A stretch of 64,000 nucleotides of DNA from NCBI GenBank assembly GCA_000320545.1, contig ADNK01000411.1, forward strand, positions 4,783-68,782. Direction: 5' to 3'. The notes under the pieces were generated by a model, which was given only the letters and a program-made list of their open reading frames with translations, searched no databases and had not been told where the DNA came from. This document shows positions 1 to 14,181 of this stretch, in pieces. Source of the stretch: Bigelowiella natans CCMP2755 (taxonomy: Eukaryota > Protista > Cercozoa). The translations under genes and the position numbers were made by a program. Positions within the stretch are counted from its first letter, which is position 1. Every line of letters begins with the position of its first letter.

Positions 1-1091
1 CGGCTATCTGGAAAAACGAGCTCGGAAAAGCGGGTGATTTGTGTGAAAATGAGCATACTTGCTATCAAACATGCGCCAATATCGTCTAGTCGTTCCGTGA
101 GGTTACTTCATTGTGCAAGAGCACTAGAAGAAGACATCACGCCACATTCCCTGTGCAAGTCTTGTAAGCACCCATATCTCAGCGGGTATATGATGCATGG
201 ACGCACATGTAATTGGTGTGCTGCTTTGGCAAATCAGACGGAATTGGAGGATGCGGTATTTCTGCCTCGATCTGACAACAGGACTGCTGCGAGTGTATGA
301 AACTGAGAAGATGGACCACGTCCCCAATGTGGAAACGTACTACAGCGTGATAACATAAATATACTCAATATCGTCGTTATTTCGTTAAGAAGTTCTTCTG
401 TATTGTTTGTCCTGTGTTTGTTGTCTAGTTTGGGCCCTAAATTCGAGGCTCAACGGTCCGGTTTACGAGAAAACTGTATCGAAGTCAGATGTAAAGACGG
501 ATCCACTCCGTCGCTCTTCCTAGTGGCCAAAAATGTTAAAGTAGGTTTTTTTTTTCGCATTGCACTCTACTTGCCCATGCGATGTAGGATTCGAAATGAC
601 GACCTATAAAGCCTTATTGACGAGCACATAGCCAGAGATTTACAGTGTGTGATATCGTGTGTTTCCTCTTGTTGCCTACAACTACAAAATAACATAACCA
701 GGACCATCTCGAATGGCTGACCTCCTTCAAGAATACATGCAGGCAAGAAGAGCTTGTTAGTAGTAGATTATTCGAGTGGTGGTCACTGCAGATGGCCGGA
801 AGGCAGTATCTGTGGTAGTAGTAGTATGCTTCTTCTGCTTTGAGACTTACTGCTATTGGCTCGTGTGTGGAAAATATCAGGTCAAAGATTCAATTGCAAT
901 ACTCTTCTGAATCGCCTCGTGGAACGTACGACGGCCAAAACTTGGTCATAGAACACAAGGCCTCCTCCTCGCGGTGGGTACTGCTTGCGTTCAATTTGTC
1001 TAATGATGTTATACAAACTGCTGTTGCTACTGCTACTGGATGGTCAAGTAACATGTGACCTTTACTTCGACTGACACGTGCCTGGAAGGAA

Positions 1092-1123
<32 letters not shown>

Positions 1124-4100
1124 GATATCTGCAGCAGCAGTAGCAGTGGCAGCAGCAGCGACAGCAGCAGACCAACATAAACATCAAAATCATCAACCTT
1201 TGTACGGCACACTCGTTCTTGATTTCGTTAGGAGGTTTTTCTAAGGGATGATGATGAGTTTATTGGAATATTACAGGTTTAGCGGCCAGCAGCGCCCAGT
1301 ATCAGCAAGCACCGCCCCTCTCCCACAAGATAGCCCCTCATCTACGTATTCTACCCATCATCAGTTCACGATGAATTCATCACAGTAAGGGCTACGGCAG
1401 CAGCATGTTTTCAACATCATCATCATCGTCATCATCATCGTCATCATCATCATCATTATATCATCATTATCATCATCATCATCATCATCATCGATTGACT
1501 GTTACTACTCTACCACTACTTCTCTGTAAAGCTCACTAGTCTTAACAAACAAGCGTGTCATTTTGAAGCACTTGTAGTAGTAGTGGTAGTAGTAGCATGA
1601 GCATCAACATTTGCTGCTGCCGCTTCGTACCTGCTTTGTATAATCTCAGAGTAATAACCCAAACTACAAACAACAATAACCGGCAAGTATCCTCTTCCCA
1701 ATTATCATCCTTTGATGAGCAGTCCTCACACCTGGGAGGTAGCTGTCTATGCTTTTATTCTGCTCACCATATTTCATCCATCATATTGAAACTATCTATG
1801 AGGGGGGGGGGGCACTCTGATGACATTGGTTATCATTATTTAAAACCCCATTCTCAATGTTGGGTCGAATGTGCTGTCTGCCAAGCGTGGAAGAACTAGA
1901 ATCTGCCCCCTCCCCCCCCCCCTCTCTAGAAGCCTCTGCCATTTGCCTTCAGAAAGGCCCTATTGGGATGTTGACAAAATTCACCAAAAGAAGGTGCGCC
2001 TCCTGATTGAAAGCGGTGCTTGTGTTGTTTTTGTTGTTGTTTTCTGCTGCAGCAAATGGGGAAGAATCTGGAGCTGCGCAGCAAATCATCAAAGGTAAGA
2101 AGATTGATTCGTTGTAACAATGAAGAGAGGTGACACTGCGAACAACTTTAAAGAGAATGGACCGGATGCAAAGAAACGTGGGCGGCGACATAGGAGGAGA
2201 TCAACACTATCTTTCCAAGTGGATAAGGAGGTCAGCTGTACCACCAAACACACACGACACACACTGAGCCACATCGCGACGCTTGAGTATAATATATCTG
2301 TAGCAAATGAGGTGCAGAGGCGAGTTGAATCCAACGTTTGCTTATTTACGATTACTATATTTCTTCCTGCTTTCAAAGGTGATTGTGTTGGCCAAGGGTA
2401 GAATCAAGGGCTTAGCCAAAATCGTCAAGAAGAATTCGGTGTTAAACAACGCCACAATAATTAAGATACTATCAGTGTGATGATGATGAGCACATGGGAC
2501 GTGATTTGTTTATACCTCTCCTTTCTCCCTCCCCCCCCTCTAATCATCATCTTCCTCTTCCTCTTCCTTTCCTCTTTAGAAGAACGAGTTTGTTGTTCAA
2601 ATGAAGGATCGAACAAAGTTGATCGAAGTAAAGCGTGAGGACGTTTTCCCTCACAGAGCCGTTGATTTTGAATTCACGTTGGGAAAACGCCTTGGCAAGG
2701 GAGCTTTCGCGACTGTATATGCTGGGATGAACCGCCACAATGTCAGAGCAAATCATAATGCAACAGCTGAAAATCATCTGTTTTTTTAAAAATGCTTGTC
2801 GAGTGCAAGGAGATGTCAAACTCTCTCTTTCTCTTTCTCGCATTCATGCACGCGAGCACTTGCAAGAGAACATTCACGTATTGTGGAGTTTTGCAATGCT
2901 TTCCTTTCGATGTATCAGTGTTTGTCAATTGAGGGAAGGGGGGGGATGATGCGCGTATGCGTGTTCCTTATGCGATACGTGTTTTTCTATATGTTCTCTT
3001 CACTTCAGGGTGCATTGATTGCCATCAAAAAAATGCGCCTGAAATTTGGGAGGCAAAACAGAGAAGTTCTCGAAACCATAATGGACGAGGTGAAGATGGT
3101 TTTATATCCGAAGTTGCATGACATGATGACGTGTTCGCTATTTGCTTGTATCTGTGGATTGTGACGCACATGTATTACGCAACAACACGGAATCCTGCTA
3201 AATCGATCGCGCATACAGAAAGAGAACTACTCTGATGATAACAGGCCAAAATAATTGTATATACTGCTTCTTATTCAGTTAAACCACGCTACTACTACCT
3301 ACCTACCTACCTCTACCACAGGTCCAGCTCTTGAAGGAACTAAGCCATGAGAATATTGTAAAGTTTCTAGGAACGCAGTTCCTGATTGGAGAGAAGGGCG
3401 ACAAATCGATGTGGGTGGCGAGCACTCTGCTGCAGCACAACTGAATGAACGACAAGACTAGTGATAGCTTGCGTTGAATGAATACGATGTCGTTGATGCG
3501 GTCGCCATGTGTGTGTTATTCAAGGTATATCATAATGGAGCAAGTCTCCGGTGGATCTCTCGAGTCCGCGCTAAGAAGTTTTGGCAAGTGCGAAATTCCT
3601 TCTCTCCATCACCGTCATCACCCCCATCGTCAAAGATGTGCATGCTACTGTTTTGCTTGGCCAATCAGGTTTTCGGAGAATGTGATTTTCTCCTACACGC
3701 AGCAAGTTCTGAAGGGCCTTGCATACCTCCACAGCCAGCATGTTGTTCACCGAGATCTAAAATGTGCCAACGTTCTTCTCAGTACCGCAGGGTAAGTAAG
3801 CAGCTGCCGGTCGGGGTGGGTCATCTATGAATACGCGTGCAGCATGGATGAGGACGTGTCCTTCTTCCATTACAAAAGCCACTCTTTTGCAATCATCAAT
3901 CACCCTAATGAATGCGCCATCATCTCACCAACTATTCGTTTCTCTCTACTTTCCCGTTTCCCTGGTTTGTACTTGTGTGTCGCTATTGCATCTGCTCACC
4001 TACCTTGAAAGAGTCGTGAAGCTAGCTGACTTCGGTGTGTCTAAGAGGCTCAAGGATATGAACGAAAAAGAGAGCAAAGAAACCGTCAGCTGTGTCGGAT

Positions 4101-4750
4101 CGCCATACTGGTCAACAGTAGCTGCAAGGGGAATCATGAATGTTGTCGCTTATTTCGATCGGCATCGATTTTGCCAGTAACCGTATCGCTGAACATAAAT
4201 GTGTAAATGTGCTGATCTATCTGATAAAATGACTAATGAATAATAAATGACAAACAAAAGGATGGCGCCAGAAGTAGTGCTATACGAAGGGTGCGTACAT
4301 GATACGCGCACATAAATGACAGGGACAGGGGTGACGATTACTTGGGGGGGGGGGGGGGGGAGGTGCAGGATGCAGGATGCACGAAAAAGTCGAAGTGTGG
4401 CAGATAAACATAGAAATTGATTAAATAATTTGTGTGTTTTCACAACTGGATAGATACGACACCAGTTGCGACGTGTGGTCCCTCGGATGTACGATAATCG
4501 AGATGGCTACGGTACTACTGGACAACGATAATCAAGATAACACTAATGATATCATTTTACCAAATAAAAAGTACGGTTAATTGATTGTGTGTCATTTTCT
4601 ACCATGGTTAATGCACGCTGCTGATACAGGCTTGCCACCCCTGGAAAGAATACGACAATCCGTTAACTTGCGCTTATCAGATAGGGCAGTCGGAAAAACT
4701 GCCCTTTTACCCAGATGATTTATCAGCAGAACTCAAAGGTAATGGTGGGT

Positions 4751-4796
<46 letters not shown>

Positions 4797-4947
4797 TTCA
4801 ACGGGTACTCCAAACGACGATTTCACGAACACTTTGCTGTTTGTTGGATCTCCAGATTTAATACAAAAATGCTTGAAGAGAAATAAGAGCGAAAGACCAA
4901 AATGCTTGGAGCTCATGTTGCATCCAGGATTCAGGAAACAGTACTGA
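1..4947 (+). CDS. PH-domain-containing STE11/MAP3K-like Ser/Thr kinase (multi-exon, 5' end outside window)
   Basis: Kinase exons: LGKGAFATVYAG (~2690), IAIKKM (~3018), LKELSHENIVKFLG (~3330), YIIMEQVSGGSL, HRDLKCANVLL (~3748), VKLADFGVSK...VGSPYW|MAPEV, DVWSLGCTIIEMAT, HPW, stop at 4945-4947. PH exons at 1-742: GYLEKRARKSG|RNWRMRYFCLDL...|FLVAKNVK|DHLEWLTSF. Joining PH and kinase in one gene is inferred from intervening exon-like segments. Confidence 0.85.
4753..4793. repeat. (TA)n microsatellite, intronic
   Basis: Directly visible in the last kinase intron. Confidence 0.95.
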
Positions 4948-7004
4948 AAAAATTCAATAGTTTCTTTTCGGTTGTGGTGCAGTCCAAACATATTGTGGTT
5001 AATTTTTTCTACAAAAAATGCCAGGAGGAGCTCAGTGACCCGTCTGCAGGCTATATCGAATAACCGTAATAATACCCCACGACACATCTATTCAAATTGA
5101 AATAGAACAGCGAAATTCATTCCTTGCATCTCCATTTCGATCTGAATTTTTAAGAGAGTGCTTATCGAATGCATATGGTTGCGATTCAGGTGTTATTCGT
5201 AGCTCGTCAACTTACGGTATTAATTTGGGAGAAATTGATCACGACGATTTGGTGTGTCAGAATTACATTAACGTCTCATACCCATATAGGTGTTAGAAGC
5301 AAGGATAGACGGGGAGCTTCCATCCCAATGCGAACTCAAACCCCGCCACCACTGATGCACAAACGAGGCTCTATGATCTAACGGAGGATTCATTTGATGG
5401 GCACTTTTCCGGCGGATGATACGTGGACGAGATTGGAAGATGGACGCCGTTTATCTATTTATCTGCTTTAGCTAAGGCATGTAGGCTCTCGATCACGTAT
5501 TGGTACATGATCGCGCAGTTGTACCAATCGTGGGAAACACGCTACATTGCAACGCTGCTTCTCACATTAATGTTGAGTCGCAAGCTGCAAGCAAAATCTT
5601 GCCATATCTAGATACATATGTGGCAAGGATGTAAGCATTTATTATATTATTGATTTAGGCATCATAGCAGCAGGGCTGCCAAGTTATCAATGTCCATACG
5701 GCTGTGTAATAGTCCTGGTATTTTATGCGCGTTTAGACCTAATGCTAGCTAGAGACGAACACTCTAGACATGCCACTAAAAAGATGCGCGCTAGATCTAG
5801 TGGCTGTCTGGCTCACTACTCTGTGGTACTTGCCAAGATCAGCATGTAGTTTGGCGAGGGAAAATGAAAGTCAAGATAGATGTCGCGATGAGTTGTTGAT
5901 GAATCCACATGTGCGCTTGAGCTTGGCTGCAAAAGCACGCGTCCAAGTCTGCATCGCGCAGGGAGCCCTGCTAGCCTGTCAATGGCACTCGAAACGTCAT
6001 CAGTTCGAACAACGAGCTGGATCTAGTGGATGCATGTGTGGAAAGTCGAGACAGGGGGCTAGCCCCCTATCCAGCTATTTCGACTTTTTTGGTACAGTCA
6101 TCTCAATGTTGCGATGACGTAGCGAGTAGTCTAGTAGTGTTGCGGGCCTGCGCGATGCAAGTTCACAATTCATTGTGTGTACACACAATGAGCAACACAA
6201 CTCCAATCACAATGCAAATGCAGCACGGCTAGATGGATTCCATCTGGAACAATTCCTGACTTTTTTTCTTGTTTTTTTCCCAAAAATTCTCATCATCTAC
6301 ATGCTGATCTCATGGCAACTAGCCGTCTCGCACATGAAAGGCTCATGCTTGCTAGCTTGTGCTCTAGCTAGCTAGCTAGTATGCTGGCATTGGCAGATGT
6401 CGTAGTTACGTCTCGTTTTTATGCAACTGCTGGAACTAGAGAACTACATTAGGATGATAATTGAACAAATTTATGTTGTTTATTACACCCGTCTCATGTT
6501 GTACTAGCTAGCTAGTATAACTATAACTAGATAAGGCGCCTACAGTCGGCGTTATTAAACAAAGCTGTATTAGCAGCGCTATTGGGTGAGACTGCGTTAG
6601 TTCCACGCTAGCACGGCTATAGAAACAATCTATGTAACAGGAATCTTTGCTTAGTAACAATCGTTCTATTCACTCGATTGACTTTTGTTATTTAAAAATT
6701 GCACGCAGTGGTGACCACACATGCATGAGCCCAATCTATGCCATCGTCGTTTTCAGCCACTCATATGACCAGTTGGAATGTAAAAAAACCAAAGTTGATA
6801 ATGTGACGCTTCTCACTTTATCTGATCTGAGTAAGACTCAATAATAATGAAATTTGAAATGTATGAAACGCAGCCTCTAATCCTACGCGTGAATATAACA
6901 AAGAGTCCTTACGGACTCAAGTATTATTTTCCAACATAGATAGCTCGGCTAGTGGCAACTAAATTACTTTCCGCTCCTATACACTCTACTGTTTTCCGAG
7001 TGAT

Positions 7005-9087
7005 TCAATTAGGTTTAGTTGAAGTAAGTTCTTTCCATTGAAGTCTTCGTCGCTCTTTTTGCTTAGCTTCCTTCTCAACCTTTTCTTCGTAAACTTTTGA
7101 GCACTGAAAAACGACGAAACTCAGGGCATCTACTAAGCTAATAATAAGTATTTGTTACCTCTTCTACGAGATCTGAGTCCAGATCCATGAAGATTTTGAG
7201 GACATTCAGAGTTAAGGTGCTAACTGTTGGATTCCAATGATTCTGAGAGTTCTCGTGGAGGGCTACATAATCAGGATATCTTTGATTAGATACAGACGTT
7301 TATAGGTTAGAAAACGTTACCTGAGAAGATGATTGGAAGGATTTTCGCGCGATGATCCGCTATCAGACTAGATATGTATTCGTTATGCCAGACGAATAAG
7401 GCTCGCTCCGCAATCTACATATTTATATTATCATTTTGTGCCAACTCCATAAACTGCGTGAAATTTAAGTTAGAACCTGAAAATGTGGACTGCTGACTGA
7501 AATTTTTATCTGCCTGAAAAGAGGCTTAAGAATGATTTCGAACTCTTCAGGCTGAGTGAGTTCCAGAAGCTCCTCCAACTCATTGAGAAACAATAATTCT
7601 TTGTTGCTATTTACAGCGGGCCAAATCTTTAAAAGACCTAAAACAGTGTCACATATCCTTTTAAGTATATCCTAAGTAACAAGTGTTCAGCTGAAAGATA
7701 CCGAGAATTACGGTTGGAGAAAGAGTATGATCTTTGTCGACGAATTGCGTGACGCAATAAGATAACTGCTGGTGGAAAACCTGTAAAGGCTTTACTTTGT
7801 GCATTGGGATTAAAACAGTCTTTAGAAACTGTTTATGTTCTGCCTTCAGGGGTAGAGCAAACCCACTAATAATACTTCCTGTAGAAAATGATAACCAGTC
7901 AGAACAGATTGCTGATGAATAAAATTAGCTACAACCTAGGATTTCAAGCAACTCTGCTACACCATTGTGGTGTTCGGTCTCGTAGATAAAATTGTAGAAT
8001 GTCAAACTAATTGATTTACGTATCCATGCTGATAGCAAAATCACAAATAAGTTCGTTTTCACTTCGAATTCAGAAGAATTTCAATATACCTCTTAGCATC
8101 ATGAATTTTGCGTATATTCTATGCAAGATTGTTTTAAGATAGTCGCGTTCTCTGCGGTCTTCAGAATCCAGGAGCTCAAGGAGTCCATTTACAAAGGCAG
8201 CGTTAACATACTTTCGCATCAACCGAACATCAAGATCACCGGACACAATAAATCGGAGGAAAAACTCGTAAACGATTTGCAGGTGGGGCCATGCAGATTC
8301 ATACACAGGCTCTTCTTCTTCTGGATCGATCATTGTCTTATGAACCTGTAGACCATAAATAATAAAAAAATAATAAAAATTAACTCTATCCGAATAATGG
8401 GAGTATCTGTGAGTCGAACCTTTGGGGGCAAGGTCCGGAACAAGTTAATTTTTACCATCTTCATAACTTCAGCAACTACGTTTTCAGAGAATACAGCCTT
8501 TGATTTTCCAATAAAGTCTACCAGCTCGAGGAGGAGCTGTCTCTTATTTTCTGACGCCTTAGTTTCCGTTTGAGTTTGGTTTTCGGTGTCGATGAAGTCA
8601 AATAATACGGAACAGAGTCGTAGCTTCTCAATAAAAAGCCTAACACGACCATTTTGAGGAGTTTCTTGAAATGTAGGACTAGGTTTCAAAAGGTCTTTCA
8701 TTGTGGGAGCGCTCTGTAAGAGTCAGTGTAAGGACAACATCGTCAGTGGTGATGTATTGATCTTTTTCTTATCCCTTACCGCTTTTAGGGTCGACTCTTT
8801 CTCTTTTGAGCTCCCGACTGAAGGCTTGCTTTTTGACATGGAAGTGCTTTTGTTTTCAGATTTATGGTACTTGGTATCCCTGCTTGTTGGCTTCGTTCCC
8901 TGAAATACATTAACTTAATCTGGAAAGAATAGAGTTGCAATGAACTTGTGACTACTTTTTTGTTCTTAGATATCGATTTTTTTAAGAACTTGTTGATCTG
9001 ATGTGCAATAAGTTTTCAATTAGAATAGGTAAGGCATCTCTTCAATATCGAAAATATGATGGAAACATTATTACACACCACATTCAT
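7005..9087 (-). CDS. Protein phosphatase 2A regulatory subunit B' (B56 family)
   Basis: Hallmark B56 segments [94 protein letters not shown]; short (~50-60 nt) introns; stop at 7005-7007; start approximate. Confidence 0.95.
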
Positions 9088-10120
9088 TATGCAGCTCCTG
9101 GCTTATTGTTTGGAGGAAGAATGATTGCTGGTGCCTCTTTCTCGAGGAAAATATCAGGGATTTTGAAGAAAGTGATGGTTATTGTTATATTTGAGCAACG
9201 TTCCGTCTGATCCCTTGTTTTTCCAGATTGAGTCCCTGAAGCGTGGCCTGCTCTCCGAACACAATGATTAAATAGGGAATCTTCAGCTGGGGGGCGACCA
9301 AAGCTCGATATCAAGCCTAGGGATAAGCTGGAAAATTGATAATCTGCGGAGATACCCTTTCGAAAGATAACTACGACTAACTCATACTGTAGTCGTCACT
9401 CCAATTACATGATAACTTTCGCCCTTTATCGAAATCCGAGAAGAATATTAGTTTTGAATGCAATAAATTCAATGCACGTTTGAGCAAACTACAACAAACG
9501 CGAAGATCTCATGAAGAAGGCAAATTTCTGTGTCGCTTGGAGTAAAATCTCAATATCATCCACGGAAATCTATGGTGGGCCAGTTTCGCGCGCAAAGAAT
9601 GGTCTTAAGGATATTATTTATTCGGCTTCAGGAACAGATGAACTTTCCATAGAACGTCAAGAGAAATATTGAGATAGATCTATGCCATCCCTTGTAGAGA
9701 AATGCCGAGAAGAATCCACACGCTGATGATCGCGACAAAAGAGGTCACGAAAAAATAAAATTTTGAATTTTAGTTATGCGTCAGGGCATCATCATCATGA
9801 AAGGTTGCCAGATGTTTCCCCGAAGGAATCTTTGCTAGTGATCGAGCCGAAGATGTTGGTCTGTTTTTTGGTTGAAATTACCTAAAATCATGTGATTATA
9901 TTCACCATCTCACGCCAACTCTCATTGAATCTAGTTACGTCACCTCTCCTGTGTGCGAGCTTCTAAGAACATAACAAGCAGACACAGCAACAACCGGGGG
10001 AGGGGGAAGAGGAAGTCTTTGGTGAGTATGACCCGCACGCTGTTTATTGATCAGTTACATAGTTTTGGAGTGACCAAATGTCTTCGTACGGTTTCACAGA
10101 GCTCGCCTGGCGGAAGCAGC

Positions 10121-11224
10121 ATGAAAGCCCCTCCTGCTTCCCGGTACCTGGAAAATGTTGTTGTGGAGACGACACCAAGCTCTGCATCCCAGCTAGAAAT
10201 TATGACTCGGCAGGAGAAATTATCGAATGATCCCGACGCTGGTACCAAGGAGGTCAAGCACCTTTTCGCATGCGCTGTTGAATCACATCTCTTGATATAT
10301 TATTATCGTACGCAGGCAGGATCCATGATAAAGAATCTTGTTTGTCTCGGCTTTTTTTTAATGTTGGGGCCATCCTTGATTATGGTCAACAAATATATTT
10401 TACACGATATTGGATTTAAATATCCCATCACGCACACGTGCTTCACGACACTCTTCTGCTCCGTCGGGATCTGGATATCTGTACACGTCTTTGGCATTAA
10501 GTTAAGCCACGCCCCGATTGTGACCTGGAGGTTCTATATACGGAATATCATGCCTATCGGCTTCTTTCAAGGCGCCACAATAGTTCTGGGGATGACCTCG
10601 TACCTCTATCTAACGGTTTCATTCGTTCAAATGCTAAAAGCCTCCACGCCTGTGATGATAGTAGTATTTCTGAGGCTTTTCCAGATTGAGTTTCCAACCT
10701 CCGAGATTCTAGTATCGGTGCTCATTATTTCAACTGGGGTAGTGATGTCCAGCTACGGGGAGATTAATTTCAGCATAATTGGAGTTTTGATTATGCTTTG
10801 CGGGCAAGTCGCTGAGGCGCTTCGGCTTGTGTTCACGCAAAAGCTGCTGAAAAATCTTAAATTTACAGTTGTGGAAAGCTTGTGCTTTATTACACCAGCT
10901 GCCTCGATGTGGGTCTTTATCATAGCACTTGTGGTGGAGTTCCCAAGAATGGATGCAGACACATTAAAGTTGGTGAGAGACAATGCTCACTGGTTCATAA
11001 TTGCTGGATTCCTTGCCTTAGGGGTGAATATAATAAACTCTGTCGTCATCAAATTTACAGGTTCTCTAATGATGAAACTACTAGCTACCGCACGAAATGC
11101 TTCGCTAGTGTTATTCAATGTGATATTTATGGGTGAGGCTGTAATGGCGGTTCAATTCTGTGGATACACGATATCTCTTGGAGGATTCCTCTTGTACAAT
11201 TATTTTCGCCTGAAAAAAGAATGA
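10121..11224 (+). CDS. Triose-phosphate/nucleotide-sugar transporter family (TPT/SLC35-type) membrane protein
   Basis: Multi-TM ORF with NKYIL...FKYPIT, YLTVSFVQMLKASTP and EALRLVFTQ motifs typical of TPT-family sugar-phosphate/nucleotide-sugar translocators. Likely ATG at 10121, possibly one short intron at ~10252-10316. Confidence 0.9.
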   Translation: MKAPPASRYLENVVVETTPSSASQLEIMTRQEKLSNDPDAGTKEVKHLFACAVESHLLIYYYRTQAGSMIKNLVCLGFFLMLGPSLIMVNKYILHDIGFKYPITHTCFTTLFCSVGIWISVHVFGIKLSHAPIVTWRFYIRNIMPIGFFQGATIVLGMTSYLYLTVSFVQMLKASTPVMIVVFLRLFQIEFPTSEILVSVLIISTGVVMSSYGEINFSIIGVLIMLCGQVAEALRLVFTQKLLKNLKFTVVESLCFITPAASMWVFIIALVVEFPRMDADTLKLVRDNAHWFIIAGFLALGVNIINSVVIKFTGSLMMKLLATARNASLVLFNVIFMGEAVMAVQFCGYTISLGGFLLYNYFRLKKE

Positions 11225-12233
11225 TTATTTAAACCATAGATTTGAAGATATATAGGAACACGATTAAATGTATTGTAGTGACTTTATTTGGGGGATAATC
11301 AGGGATAATCAGCGGATGGTTATTTGCATGTCAGCTCAGCTATGAATGCGTATGCAACAAAAATCTGATACTATTATTATTATGATCCCAGTTTAATTTC
11401 TATCCTCTGCATCAGCAGAGTAAAATATCCTCAAGCTAATTCAACAGATGTATGTGGCGTGCGTGGTGTATGTTGTTGCGCGAAGTAACCATATGGAACA
11501 CACAAGCCACACTGTACGCTGCACGTTTATCGCACAGTCTATCTATCGCTGGCTACTGCAAAACAACACGTCACGGCATTTGCAAGAATCCTAGCGTCCG
11601 TCTGCGACGCCATGGAGAGATCACGCCGCGCGATATCAACATGTGGCTAACTGCAAGCACAAGAGTAGCGTGAGCTACACACATGTGAGCTAGGCGCAGC
11701 GCAGGGCATGCATCACGGGACGCCTACTAGCTAGCTAGTGCTAGAGCGCTGGGGTGGTGAGTGTGGTGCTATCGTATTGTCGTCCCAGGTTCATTCACAG
11801 GCTTGAGTAGACAGAGTCGACTCAATAACTAAATGATTACTACGGATGACATACATAGCAGATTCCTTATGTCTGCGCTGATTACGCTAGCATAGTACAG
11901 CTAGACAGCTCTATCCGCTGCTACGCATCTGCTGGACGTTAGTGTTCTAGATCCATCAGACAGTGTGCAGGCGAAGAACAATCCATCTGGAGCCGTGAGG
12001 TTATGCCATGCTAATAGACATGGTACGTAGAATACTACTGGGCGGCGTATCGTAGCGTAGCGCTATACAGTAGCTGCGTGGTACATGTGAAATAATAAGT
12101 ACAAACATGGATATAGAAGTGATTTAGATCAGTAGTTATTATTACTACATCAAGTGACCATGCAATCAATTGATACAGTTAAGTCCAAATTATTGACATT
12201 GCTGCCGATCTATTATGATTCTGTGTGCCGTTT

Positions 12234-13053
12234 TTAAGCACGTCTAGCCAGATGTAAATCCTCTGGAGGACATTCCTCACTGCTGCCATCATGTCCATGA
12301 CGCAGTTTGCTGAAACCTATCAGGTGTAATAAAAATTATAATACTTAAATATTATTCAAGCGGGTACACGTGAGACTTTGCCAAATATACGAAGTACGAT
12401 CATATTCAGCGGCAGTGGCTACATATGGGTGCATATAATATAAGACGTTTCACCTCGATGAAGCCCCTCGTTTCCTGTTACAACCTACCAAAATACTACT
12501 TGTTTAAAATTCAATAATGGTCCATTCATTTGCATTTCACATCATGAGTGCACATGGCGGTGAAATAATGATTGGGGATGTAACTCGCATATTTTGGGCG
12601 CGGATTCTTTGGAGTAAACCAGTCAAATACATATAATATATGCGTGTCATTCATGTGCCCTGTGATGTGGTTGTGCTAGTGGTCTACAGGATGATGTAAA
12701 TCATGGTGTGTATGGAAAAAATCGAACATTCGAAGTAGCAATCGTAAAGATTAATGAACAATGGGGTTGTTAATAAAACAACCTCAAACACAGTGTCCCG
12801 GGTTTCTTTAGTATATAAAGATGCAACCGTCACCTAAATTGAAATCATAGAAGAAGATAGGAGAAAACATTTCCTTATTAGCACAAGTTGCTATGTGCGC
12901 GTCGAGATGCAGATCCTCAGCTCACCGATGCAAGATCTTCCATCGGGAGAGACCCTCTTATATAATCGCCTGGAAACAACAGATTTAGGGAGAAGAAGAG
13001 GGGGGGGACAAAGGGGGGGAATTCATGGACTACACGCATATATTCACGCGTAC

Positions 13054-13093
<40 letters not shown>

Positions 13094-13117
13094 CCACATA
13101 TGTATATAAATAAATAA

Positions 13118-13161
<44 letters not shown>

Positions 13162-13708
13162 GCATATGTATGCGTGTGTGTCTGTGTGTGTGTGTGTGTG
13201 TGTGTGTATGCGTTTGGAACATATGCACAACCCAGATCGTATACTAAAAAAATACCTTGACGCAGAGTAACGTTTTGCATTCCGAAACCCTTTTCCTTGT
13301 GAATGGGCAATGCAGCAGCAGCATAGTAGTAGCAGCAGCATGTGAGTTAGAGGTACCGTAACAACGACAGAGAATAATAAATGACATCAAGGAGGAACAA
13401 AGAACGCACCCCGGTTGCGCCGCCAGCCCTTATGACAGTATAGTAGCTTGGCTTAGAAGAAGAAGAAGAAGAGGAGGAGGAGGAGGAGGAGGGGGACCGG
13501 GTACGTGAATTTTTACATAGCCGAATGAACTCTTGCTCGCCTCGACGTTTCCAGTACATCGCCTTATGGCAACATGTAAACATAATCAAACACCGAGCTG
13601 AACCAACACAATCCTGGTTGGTATTCGTGCACGAATATTAAAACCAAACACCTTTTTGAACTTGTTGAGCCACTTGTATTCAACAGATGTCGTACGGGTG
13701 GCCTTCAG

Positions 13709-13774
<66 letters not shown>

Positions 13775-14133
13775 TGTTTTTGTTGTAGTAGTGGTAGCAG
13801 CAGTAGTGCGTTCACAATTATACACGCAATGCTGATTTTAGATTCGGCAATTGTTGTGCGTTGGCATATTTTCGCAAATAGCGACGACTGACTGACATCC
13901 TCATGATCTACTCCTTGTGGGAATATCTTACCATATACATTGAAAGCAAGACTATTCGTGGTACCCCTGCAGAAACAGCCGCGTGAACAACAGATTTCAC
14001 CCCTTTGTATTCGACCATCTGAACGATGAAGCCATGATATTATTCGCTTTTTAGCTTACTGAATCGTTATTAATTCTGGAGGTTGAGAGGAAACACCCCA
14101 AACAAATATCAGCAGCAGCTGCTAAAACTAATA

Positions 14134-14181
<48 letters not shown>

